DNA from: a virus
Direction: 5' to 3' (one strand)
Length of the DNA: 64,000 nt
Virus record (IMG/VR): IMGVR_UViG_3300045988_177154
Location: 64,001 to 128,000 of that record
The translations under genes were made by a program, and so were the position numbers. The number at the start of each line of letters is the position of its first letter. The first letter of the stretch is position 1. Positions 56,264-64,000 of this stretch are shown in pieces. The notes under the pieces are model-generated. The model searched no databases, was not told the origin of the DNA, and was given only the letters and a program-made list of their open reading frames with translations.

Positions 56264-58497
56264 TGAAGATTTTAAAAAAGATTATGAAATTTATTTTAAA
56301 GCTCTTTAAATGGAGTTTAATATTAGGATTTATCCTTGCTCTTGTTGGTTTCTTAGCTGGAACAATTTATAGTGCAGGTGTAATCAAACAAACTCCTAAA
56401 ATTACTGAAGAAATGATTACAAAAGCAACAGGTGGAACTACAAATATGTACGATTCAACTGGCCAAGTAATCTATTCTGATACTGAGCATAGACGAGATT
56501 ATATTCGTTATGATGAAATTCCAAATAAATATATTGAGCTATTACTTGCAACTGAAAATAAGAATTATTGGAATGAAAAAGGTTGGTCATTTGAAGCTAT
56601 CCTAGCTGCAATTAAAAGCAAAGGTGCTCGTGGTGGTTCTACTATTGAACAACAACTTATTAAAAATCTTGTTTTCTCAAGTGACATTAAAGACAGAACG
56701 ATTGACCGTAAGATTAAAGAAATCTGGCTCGCTTCACAAATGGATTTAAACTTTGACAAGAAACAAATCTTGGAATGGTATATTAACTTAATCAATATGG
56801 GTGAGGGCTCTTATGGAGCAAATACTATTGCTATTACTTATTACGGTCAAAGTTTGAAAGATTTAACTGGTGATGATGCAGTAACATTATCTAAATTAGC
56901 TACAATCGCTGGATTAGGACAAGCTCCATCAGCTTACAATCTATATGATAACCCCGAATTAGTAGAAGAACGAAGAAATATTGTTTTACTAAGTGCTCTT
57001 AATAATAATAAGATTACTGAAGAACAATATGAAGAAGCTAAAAAAGTTCCAATTCAAGAGGGCTTGAAAGAGCGTTATTGGAGAAATGGAACAGTGTTAG
57101 CACAAACAAAAGAACATAATGCTTATGTAACTTCTGCTCTTAAACAAGTTCAAGAATTGGGCTATGATTTAGAAAAAACACCAATGCAAATCTATACTGC
57201 TTTAGACCCAAATGTTAACTCACAAGTAAAATCTACCTTTGATAATTTTTCTGGTTATAAAGATGATGAAGAACAAATGGCAGCTACTGTTATTGACCCT
57301 AATACAGGTTATGTATTAGCACAATATGGGGGAAGAAATACAGAAGCATTTGGTTTGAATAGAGCAACACAACAAACACGTAGTTCAGGTTCGTCTATTA
57401 AACCATTTGAAGATTATGGTCCCGCTATTGAATATAATGGACTAGGAACAAATTATATTTTAGATTCAAGTAATTATCTTTACCCAGGTACAAATGTAGT
57501 AGCACATAACTTTGGTGGCGCAACTTATGGAAATGTAACTATGGCATTCGCTCTTAAAATGTCATTAAACACTCCAGCTATTCGTATCTTGAATAATGTT
57601 GTTGGTTCAAACAATGCTAAGAAATTCCTAGCTGGAATGAACTTAGATACAGAAGAAACCTATGGAGATTCAACAGCTTTAGGATTGAATGTTTCAACTG
57701 AACAAATGGCAGCTGCTTCTGCTACTCTTGCTAATAAAGGAATGTATAAGAAACCACAATATATTACTAAATTGGTATTTAATGATGGTTCAGAAAAAGA
57801 AATTAAATTTAATCCAACAAGAGCTATGAAAGAAAGTACTGCATATATCTTATTGAAGATGATGGCAGAAGTCCCTAAACCTACTGGTACAGCTACTGAT
57901 GCTATTATCAATCACTATAAGAGTTATTCTGTTAAAACAGGTACTGTAGGATACGGTCCCGAAGTTGGTTGGGCAACAAGTAATGATGCTTCTGATACTT
58001 GGGTAGTTGGAACAACTAAGAATGTTTCTATTGCTATTTGGAATGGCTATGATTCCCCTAATGAATACGGACATAGTGTTGATGTTTATGCTCACTCACA
58101 ACAACGAGTATTTAAACAATTGATGTTAGCAATGAATGAAGGCAAAGATGTTAGCGATTGGGAAAAACCAGATACTGTAACAAGTTCTGACCCTAACAAC
58201 ATGAAACCAACTGATGTTGATGTTAACTCATCTTATATTGATAAATTCCCAGAGCCATATTTCACATTATCAGACACTAGTGTTAATAATAGTATCAATG
58301 CTTATTACAAAAAAGATAAATTATTAAAAGTGGAAGATGCTGGAGTAGAAAAATACAAAGTTCCAAGTGATTATAAAGAAGTTATTGATTGGCAATCAAA
58401 AGCAAATGCAGATATGCTAAGATTATTCAATGCTTATCCAAACAATCCTTTATACCCAGCACTTATCAACAATAATGCTTATTATCAAGAACCATAA
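56263..58497 (+). CDS. class A penicillin-binding protein (glycosyltransferase GT51 + transpeptidase)
   Basis: 744 aa. GT51 motifs ATENKNYWNEKG, GGSTIEQQLIKN, RKIKEIWLA. Transpeptidase motifs SSIKP (SxxK), SLN (SxN), KTGT. Confidence 0.85.
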   Translation: MKILKKIMKFILKLFKWSLILGFILALVGFLAGTIYSAGVIKQTPKITEEMITKATGGTTNMYDSTGQVIYSDTEHRRDYIRYDEIPNKYIELLLATENKNYWNEKGWSFEAILAAIKSKGARGGSTIEQQLIKNLVFSSDIKDRTIDRKIKEIWLASQMDLNFDKKQILEWYINLINMGEGSYGANTIAITYYGQSLKDLTGDDAVTLSKLATIAGLGQAPSAYNLYDNPELVEERRNIVLLSALNNNKITEEQYEEAKKVPIQEGLKERYWRNGTVLAQTKEHNAYVTSALKQVQELGYDLEKTPMQIYTALDPNVNSQVKSTFDNFSGYKDDEEQMAATVIDPNTGYVLAQYGGRNTEAFGLNRATQQTRSSGSSIKPFEDYGPAIEYNGLGTNYILDSSNYLYPGTNVVAHNFGGATYGNVTMAFALKMSLNTPAIRILNNVVGSNNAKKFLAGMNLDTEETYGDSTALGLNVSTEQMAAASATLANKGMYKKPQYITKLVFNDGSEKEIKFNPTRAMKESTAYILLKMMAEVPKPTGTATDAIINHYKSYSVKTGTVGYGPEVGWATSNDASDTWVVGTTKNVSIAIWNGYDSPNEYGHSVDVYAHSQQRVFKQLMLAMNEGKDVSDWEKPDTVTSSDPNNMKPTDVDVNSSYIDKFPEPYFTLSDTSVNNSINAYYKKDKLLKVEDAGVEKYKVPSDYKEVIDWQSKANADMLRLFNAYPNNPLYPALINNNAYYQEP

Positions 58498-58502
58498 AAA
58501 AT

Positions 58503-58531
58503 AAAGGTAGCAATCAAATTGCTACCTTTTT
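58503..58531. terminator. bidirectional terminator
   Basis: AAAGGTAGCAAT-CAA-ATTGCTACCTTT flanked by A and T runs, between convergent genes. Confidence 0.7.
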
Positions 58532-59522
58532 ATAAGTTATCTCCTAATATAATTTCTTTTTTCTTTACTTCTATATTCTCACCAATATTATCATTCATTA
58601 AGAAGAAACAACTGGAACTAGGAAGCATGCCCTCTGTTGTGAATATATAATATTGATTATCATATTCATAAAATGATTTAATTTCACTTATTCTATTTTT
58701 ATAAACTACAAATAAGTTATAACATTCTAACTCTTGATTATATTGTAATCTTTCAAATGGCAAATTATCAATATTAACAAAATAATAATAAGATTGATTA
58801 GGTATTTTAGTTATAATTTTAAGCTCTAATCTTTTTAGTAACCTTTCTAATTCAATCTTTTTCAAATGTAATTTAACAATTTTCTTTTTCTCTTTATATA
58901 TACTTCTTGATTCACTGTCAAATTTTCTTAATATTTCTTTATAATTATTAAGTGCTTCATTTTCCTTTTTGGAAAATTCTATTAAATCATTAGTATATTC
59001 ATGAGTAAATCTTTCTATATGTTTTGATTTTAGATATGCCGGCACTTGATTGTATTTTCCATTCAATATGCTATCAATAGTCAAGCTGCCTGCTGTAATT
59101 TTCAAATTTGAAATTTTTCTAATATGACTAGCTAATTTTGCTTTGTGAGCTATGATAAGCACTCTCTTTTCATTCAATACATTTTCATATAATTTAGCAG
59201 CTTCTTGTCTAGCAAGCCATTCCTTTGAATGAAAATAACCCTTGACATAATTTTCATGTTTTTTTATAATAGTATCAATGGTAATTATTTTTTGCTCTAA
59301 ATCATTTATTTTATTTTTGAGTGATGTATATTCTTTTAAATCTTCATCATAACAATTAGTATAACCTAATTTCTCAAAAATAGTATCTTTGAAATATAGC
59401 AAATAAAATTTAGCTTCGGAATAAGAAGAAAAAAGAATATTATTAAAGACTAAATCATTATCAACTGAGTCTTTATAGATTTTAATGAGATTAGATTGTT
59501 TTTCTATGTAGTATTTATTCAT
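58530..59522 (-). CDS. hypothetical coiled-coil protein (lone minus-strand gene next to TnpB element 2)
   Basis: 330-aa ORF, AGGAGAAG RBS. Very AT-rich, Lys/Glu/Ile/Asn-rich. No recognisable motif. Confidence 0.55.
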   Translation of the reverse strand: MNKYYIEKQSNLIKIYKDSVDNDLVFNNILFSSYSEAKFYLLYFKDTIFEKLGYTNCYDEDLKEYTSLKNKINDLEQKIITIDTIIKKHENYVKGYFHSKEWLARQEAAKLYENVLNEKRVLIIAHKAKLASHIRKISNLKITAGSLTIDSILNGKYNQVPAYLKSKHIERFTHEYTNDLIEFSKKENEALNNYKEILRKFDSESRSIYKEKKKIVKLHLKKIELERLLKRLELKIITKIPNQSYYYFVNIDNLPFERLQYNQELECYNLFVVYKNRISEIKSFYEYDNQYYIFTTEGMLPSSSCFFLMNDNIGENIEVKKKEIILGDNL

Positions 59523-59563
59523 TCTATATTCTTCTCCTATAAAAAATGTTCATTAAGTTTGAT

Positions 59564-60949
59564 ATAATGTGTGATAACTGTAACAAAAAATCATAAAATC
59601 CAATAAAAAAGGAGGTGAAATTATGTACTTAACTGAAAAAGAGATTATCTATTCAACTGATGAAAGATTTAACTTGATTAAAGATTTGTGCCATTTAAGC
59701 AAAAATCTTTATAATGCAAGTCTTTATGATGTTAGACAATATTACTTTGAAACTAAATCATACAGAACTTGGCAATCACAAGTGCCAATTTTTACTAAAA
59801 CTAAAAATACTGATTATTATGCACTTCAATCTCATGTTGCTAGTGAAGTGATAAAGCAAGTTGGTAGACAATTTATTAGTTTTTTCAATAATAAATCTAA
59901 CAAAAAGAAACGAATCCCTAAATACAAAGATAAAAATGGTTATAACGTTGTTACTTTCAATAATCGTGCAATTTCTAGGAAGATTGAGTTTGATGAGGAT
60001 AAACAACTTTATACTCATACTCTATGTAAGAAAAGTTATAATCTTAAAATTCAATCAACTAAATCAAATATTAAAATGGTAAAATTTGTTTATGATGAAG
60101 TTAATGACTTAATCAAGTGTTACAAGATTTATGAAGTTGAACAACCTAAGTTGAAAAATGATAATTCACGGTATTTCTCAATTGACCCAGGGTTAAATAA
60201 TATTGTTGCTATTTACAATAACATTGGAATCAGACCGTTATTATACAATGGCAGACCAATCAAAAGTATTAACCAATATTACAATAAAACAACTGCTAAA
60301 TTGAGGTCAGAATTGCCCACTAATATTAAATCATCTAAAAGATTAAAACAACTATCTTTAAAGAGAAATAACAAAATTGATTATGAGATGCACAAAATTT
60401 CAACTCATATTATCAATGAAGCCGTAAAAAACAACATTTCAAAAATCTTTATTGGCAATAACATTGGTTGGAAAAATGAAATTAACATTGGCAGAAGAAA
60501 TAACCAAAATTTTGTTAATATTCCTCATACAAAACTATTCAATCAATTGCTATATAAAGGGTCATTAAATGACATTGAAGTTATCTTTACAGAAGAGAGT
60601 TACACTTCAAGAGCAAGTTTCTTTGATAAAGATGAATTACCTATTTATGATGAAACTAGCAAGTATAAATTCTCTGGTAGAAGAATAAAACGTGGCTTAT
60701 ATAAAGATAGTAAAGGCAATATATGGAATGCTGATTTAAATGGAGCAGCCAATATTATGAGAAAATGTTCAGACAAAGCCTATAAAGGTATAAGAAAAAC
60801 CAAAGAAATGATGCGACAGCCAATTCTTATAACATTATAAGTAGCACTCAATTTAATATAATGAGAGTGTAGAGGCATTTGTAGGTATGCCATTATGAGA
60901 AGTTAAATCTTAATTTAACGAGTCTATAAAAATCAAATCATATTTGATT
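59564..60949 (+). mobile_element. TnpB-only IS1341-type element 2 (tentative ends)
   Basis: TTGAT at 59559-59563 precedes a 59-nt leader to tnpB. Downstream similarity to the solo remnant at 32616-32652 ends at TTTGATT (60943-60949). No tnpA. Confidence 0.4.
59623..60840 (+). CDS. tnpB: TnpB (IS200/IS605 OrfB, IS1341 group), 405 aa
   Basis: FSIDPGLNNIVAI (RuvC I), IFIGNNIGWKNEINIGRRNNQNFVNIPH, EESYTSRASF (RuvC II region), NADLNGAANIMRK (RuvC III). AAGGAGG RBS. Confidence 0.85.
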   Translation: MYLTEKEIIYSTDERFNLIKDLCHLSKNLYNASLYDVRQYYFETKSYRTWQSQVPIFTKTKNTDYYALQSHVASEVIKQVGRQFISFFNNKSNKKKRIPKYKDKNGYNVVTFNNRAISRKIEFDEDKQLYTHTLCKKSYNLKIQSTKSNIKMVKFVYDEVNDLIKCYKIYEVEQPKLKNDNSRYFSIDPGLNNIVAIYNNIGIRPLLYNGRPIKSINQYYNKTTAKLRSELPTNIKSSKRLKQLSLKRNNKIDYEMHKISTHIINEAVKNNISKIFIGNNIGWKNEINIGRRNNQNFVNIPHTKLFNQLLYKGSLNDIEVIFTEESYTSRASFFDKDELPIYDETSKYKFSGRRIKRGLYKDSKGNIWNADLNGAANIMRKCSDKAYKGIRKTKEMMRQPILITL

Positions 60950-60986
60950 AACCTATAAAGAATATCTAAAAAAGCGAGGAAAATAA

Positions 60987-61748
60987 ATGAAAAATAAGAA
61001 AAAAGCTGATTGGCTGGACTGGCTATTAAGAATTGCAATTGTACTAGGAATTATTGGAACAATTTATTTTAGCTATAGTCCAGCAAAAAATTATTTAACT
61101 GCTAAGCAAGAAGAAGCAAAGATTGAAGAAGTTGCTAAGAAAGTAGTAGAAAACACACACGATTACCCAGATGTAAAAGAAATTAAGAAATCAACAAATG
61201 AAGATGTAGTTGGTTGGATTAGAGTACCTGGTACTAATATTGATGAACCAATTTTACAAACTACTGACAATGAATTTTACTTAAATCACTCTTTAACTAA
61301 GGAAGAGTTAGATGTTGGAAGTATTTTCCTAGATGCTAAAGCAAATTCTAATTACGATAACAACTTGAATTTCGTATTCGGCCACAATACTTACATTGAT
61401 AATAAATTTACTCAATTAAGAAAATTCTCTGACCCAGAATTTAATAAAGCTAATAAAACTTTCTATATCTTTACTGATAAGAATGAAAAGATTACTTACA
61501 GAATTATCGGACAAGGTTTAATTCCACCAGTATTTCCTCTTTATACCGAAGATAATGTGAAATTAACCGTAGATAATTTAACCGAATACCAAAAACACCT
61601 GAAAGAATTTACAGATATTACTCAAGAAGATATTGAGGATATTCATGTTGACTCTAAACTTGCAATCTTAACTACTTGTTTATCTTACAACAATTCTGAC
61701 GGGCGACAAATTGTAGTAGGATTAGAAGTAAGTCGTGAAAAATATTAA
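60987..61748 (+). CDS. srtB: class B sortase
   Basis: 253 aa. TM anchor. DVVGWIRVPGTNIDEPILQ, GSIFLD, VFGHN and LAILTTC parallel S. aureus SrtB DIVGWIKLSGTSLNYPVLQ, GSIFMD, LYGHH and IMTLSTC. Confidence 0.8.
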   Translation: MKNKKKADWLDWLLRIAIVLGIIGTIYFSYSPAKNYLTAKQEEAKIEEVAKKVVENTHDYPDVKEIKKSTNEDVVGWIRVPGTNIDEPILQTTDNEFYLNHSLTKEELDVGSIFLDAKANSNYDNNLNFVFGHNTYIDNKFTQLRKFSDPEFNKANKTFYIFTDKNEKITYRIIGQGLIPPVFPLYTEDNVKLTVDNLTEYQKHLKEFTDITQEDIEDIHVDSKLAILTTCLSYNNSDGRQIVVGLEVSREKY

Positions 61749-61804
61749 ATAAAACAAGAAAAATAAAAAGAAGTAAAATTCTTTTTATTTTTTTTATTTT
61801 TGTG

Positions 61805-61833
61805 TTGACAAACCAAAAATTTTCTTGTATAAT
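61805..61833 (+). promoter_or_regulatory. sigma70-like promoter
   Basis: TTGACA 61805-61810, 17 nt, TGTATAAT ending at 61833. Confidence 0.55.
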
Positions 61834-61871
61834 ATGACTATAAAATAAAAAATAAAAATTAAATTTATGTG

Positions 61872-61900
61872 TTGACAAAACGAAATAAATGGTATATCAT
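61872..61900 (+). promoter_or_regulatory. sigma70-like promoter (second, tandem)
   Basis: TTGACA 61872-61877, 17 nt, TATCAT 61895-61900. Confidence 0.5.
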
Positions 61901-61930
61901 ATACTTAGAAAAAGAAATGAGGAATTAAAC

Positions 61931-62158
61931 ATGACAGAAAACACAAAGAAAGTAACAGAATTACTAGAAGAATTGGAGAAAGAAGGCTATGTAATTGAAG
62001 AAATCGGAGATAAATTTAGCCCTGGCTATTTTATCTATGACGGAAATCTAATTGTAGCTGAAATTTATAATAGCGGTACATATATTGTTTCTGATAAAGC
62101 TGCAGACGGATTACTAGACTTTATCGCTAAGAAATTTAAAAAAGTAGTAGACAAATAA
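61931..62158 (+). CDS. hypothetical protein
   Basis: Start moved to ATG 61931 (GAGGAA RBS). The ORF-track start 61889 lies inside the promoter. Confidence 0.5.
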   Translation: MTENTKKVTELLEELEKEGYVIEEIGDKFSPGYFIYDGNLIVAEIYNSGTYIVSDKAADGLLDFIAKKFKKVVDK

Positions 62159-62181
62159 AAAGAAAAACAGAAAAAGAAAGA

Positions 62182-62850
62182 GTGAATAAAATTATGAAAA
62201 TGAAAATTAACGTAAAAGCAGTAAAAGATACATTTAACAAATATTCATTGAATGAATTAGCAGAAGTATTGGGCATTCATCGCTCAACAATCAGTTATTA
62301 CCGTAGTGGTCGTGACTTTACGAAAAATCTTACATTGAAGCAATTGTCTATCTTGACTTCAATGAGTAATATTGAAGATGAAGAAACTATTGAAATTGAT
62401 TCAGATATGGTTAAACTATTCCATATTAACTTCAAAAATCATAGTGACTTCTATCGTAGTCGTAATCTAACAGGTTATCAAGTAACAGCTAAGGAATACA
62501 AATTACTTGTTGAAGCTTCTAATCTATCAATTGAAGATTTTACTTTGCCAATGTATCATGAAGTTATTAAGGCTGCTGAATTTTATCAATTCATTTTAAG
62601 TCTTGACCAAGATAAGATTTTGGAAAATCTAGTTCATCTTGCTTCATTGACTGGAAAAACGTACGGTGACTTGGCTGAAGAATACAATAAATCTAAAAAT
62701 TACTTGCCAGGTATCATGACTCGTCACAATCAAGGCCGTTACATTACTACAATCACTCCAAAAACTATGGAATTGCTTTCTAAAATGCTTGGATTTTCTG
62801 ATGTTGAAGATTTCAAACATGAGCTTTTCAAACAAGAAGATGTTGCTTAG
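62182..62850 (+). CDS. helix-turn-helix DNA-binding protein
   Basis: 222 aa. LNELAEVLGIHRSTISYYRSG is an XRE/Cro-type HTH. The start (GTG 62182 versus ATG 62194) is uncertain. Confidence 0.6.
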   Translation: MNKIMKMKINVKAVKDTFNKYSLNELAEVLGIHRSTISYYRSGRDFTKNLTLKQLSILTSMSNIEDEETIEIDSDMVKLFHINFKNHSDFYRSRNLTGYQVTAKEYKLLVEASNLSIEDFTLPMYHEVIKAAEFYQFILSLDQDKILENLVHLASLTGKTYGDLAEEYNKSKNYLPGIMTRHNQGRYITTITPKTMELLSKMLGFSDVEDFKHELFKQEDVA

Positions 62851-62853
62851 TTA

Positions 62854-62882
62854 TTGACTTTAAAATTTAAAGTTGATATAAT
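62854..62882 (+). promoter_or_regulatory. sigma70-like promoter (extended -10)
   Basis: TTGACT 62854-62859, 17 nt, TGATATAAT ending at 62882. Confidence 0.55.
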
Positions 62883-62909
62883 AGTCTTACCAATAGAAAG
62901 AGGTAAATT

Positions 62910-63122
62910 ATGAAGAAATATCCTATGCCTGAAGATAAGAAGGTTGACCCTACTAACGTTTCGGTTGCTTGCATTTTCTGTAACGACCGTTTCGAGGTGG
63001 AAGTTAATGCTTCTGATTTGATGAAGTGGAAGATGGGCGAATACATTCAAAATGCTATTCCTTATCAGAGTGCTGATGCACGGGAACTTCTGATTTCTCG
63101 TATTTGTCCTAAATGTTTCTAA
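62910..63122 (+). CDS. small zinc-ribbon protein
   Basis: 70 aa. CIFCN ... CPKC cysteine pairs. AGAGG RBS. Confidence 0.55.
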   Translation: MKKYPMPEDKKVDPTNVSVACIFCNDRFEVEVNASDLMKWKMGEYIQNAIPYQSADARELLISRICPKCF

Positions 63123-63142
63123 GGGTTTATAAAAACCCTTTT
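63121..63142 (+). terminator. hairpin/terminator
   Basis: AAGGGTTT-ATAA-AAACCCTT followed by TT. Confidence 0.5.
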
Positions 63143-63144
63143 AA

Positions 63145-63218
63145 GGCCCCATAGCCAAGTTGGTTTAAGGCATTGGACTGCAAATCCAAGAACGTGGGTT
63201 CGAATCCCATTGGGGTCT
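63145..63218 (+). tRNA. tRNA-Cys (GCA)
   Basis: Acceptor GGCCCCA/TGGGGTC, anticodon stem-loop TTGGA-CTGCAAA-TCCAA, T arm GTGGG-TTCGAAT-CCCAT. Confidence 0.8.
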
Positions 63219-63247
63219 TTTTATTTAAAAAAGAAAGTTGGTTAATT

Positions 63248-63778
63248 ATGGATTTTGAAAAACAAAAATCAAAGAACTTTGATAAATTGATGAAAGACTC
63301 AAAGAGTTTTATTGTCGCTCATACCGAATATTATAAACCTGAATATGGTGTCGGTGGCGTATCTGCAGCTCTTATCATTCCCGAAGATTATTTTAAAGTT
63401 GAAAATCCTATTACTGAATTAGATTTTTATGAGATTGAGGGAAAACATTCATGTGTTACTCTTGATGTCTATACTAAGCGTGGCCTCTCATTTGAAAAAG
63501 CACTTGAATTATATAAAGGTTTTTCTGATACAGAATTTAATGACTCTTTGTGGGATTATTATTTAGAAAAAGCTGAAGTAATAGCTGCTGAATATGATGA
63601 GCGCTCTATGTGGGATTCTCTTTATGAATTTCAAAAAGAAATTGATAAAATGCCCACAAAAGAAGTTTCAATTGTAGAAGAAGCAATTGTGCGTCTTAAA
63701 GCTGAAAATCTAGCTGACGACACTCAACACAATAAAGATGTTCTTACTTTGATTAAATATATTACTGAACAACTTTAA
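63248..63778 (+). CDS. hypothetical protein
   Basis: The ORF-track ORF 63173-63778 starts inside tRNA-Cys. Start moved to ATG 63248; 176 aa. Confidence 0.55.
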   Translation: MDFEKQKSKNFDKLMKDSKSFIVAHTEYYKPEYGVGGVSAALIIPEDYFKVENPITELDFYEIEGKHSCVTLDVYTKRGLSFEKALELYKGFSDTEFNDSLWDYYLEKAEVIAAEYDERSMWDSLYEFQKEIDKMPTKEVSIVEEAIVRLKAENLADDTQHNKDVLTLIKYITEQL

Positions 63779-63794
63779 AAAGAAGATTAACGAA

Positions 63795-63824
63795 AAAGAG
63801 CTATTCTTATAGCTCTTTTATTTT
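63795..63824 (+). terminator. rho-independent terminator
   Basis: AAAGAGCTAT-TCTT-ATAGCTCTTT followed by TATTTT. Confidence 0.65.
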
Positions 63825-63834
63825 GGAGTAAACT

Positions 63835-64000
63835 ATGAATGAAATATTAACAATACCAAATTTAATTATTATTGTAACAACTATCATTATCTATCTAGTT
63901 GTAGATAATATATTCCAAAAAATTATAATTAAACACAATAATATAACAAATACTTTTTTAGCTAACACTTCTAAGATTATAGTAATTCTCATAGGTATTT
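63835..64000 (+). CDS. hydrophobic protein, 5' partial (runs off the window)
   Basis: ATG 63835 after GGAG. MNEILTIPNLIIIVTTIIIYLVVDNIF... is open to the window end. Confidence 0.4.
   Translation, partial: MNEILTIPNLIIIVTTIIIYLVVDNIFQKIIIKHNNITNTFLANTSKIIVILIGI

Noticed and set aside
61889-61930. Upstream extensions of several ORF-track ORFs (61889, 63173, 11377, 12747, 17738, 27278, 40751, 45044, 5657-6256 N-terminus, 8795-9181 N-terminus)
   Set aside because: The extensions run through promoters, terminators, a tRNA or the preceding gene, and they lack RBSs. Internal ATGs with AGGAG-type RBSs give N-termini matching paralogs.

Overview
AT-rich (roughly 30-33% GC by eye) window, almost all genes on the + strand except one inverted module (5.6-10.3 kb) and one gene at 58.5 kb. 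It has consensus sigma70-type promoters and AGGAG ribosome-binding sites. The gene content fits a very large (jumbo-type) phage or phage-like mobile element of a low-GC Firmicute (Lactobacillales-like).

Main content:
1. A 7-kb RNA gene island (30.2-37.5 kb) behind three tandem promoters. I folded 22 tRNA-like cloverleaves by eye; with a 23rd (Cys) at 63.1 kb they cover all 20 amino acids. Between them lie long ORF-free, structured-looking spacers.
2. Within that island: an array of five stem-framed RNA modules displaying tRNA parts, two circularly permuted tRNA-like bodies, and two ~840-nt candidate giant ncRNAs.
3. Two TnpB-only IS605/IS1341-type elements, plus a stand-alone, promoter-driven copy of the first element's omega-RNA region 13 kb from its tnpB.
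4. A ThiF(E1)-like / JAB / PRTRC_C-like cassette.
5. Three different RNA ligase families, an ADP-ribose and alarmone toolkit (Arr-like, PARG-like macro, NADAR, small alarmone hydrolase) and a DNA methyltransferase.
6. Tandem arrays of lineage-specific paralogs: family A (~330 aa, 7 copies), family B (~165-180 aa, 9 copies), and families C and D (2 copies each).
7. A ~110-bp intergenic repeat present 7 times, and an iteron/AT-rich origin-like array.
8. A host-like module: GreA, an LCP-family protein, a PASTA protein, a class A PBP and sortase B.

All homology calls come from motif recognition by eye, with no searches. Coordinates of RNA features are +/- a few nt.
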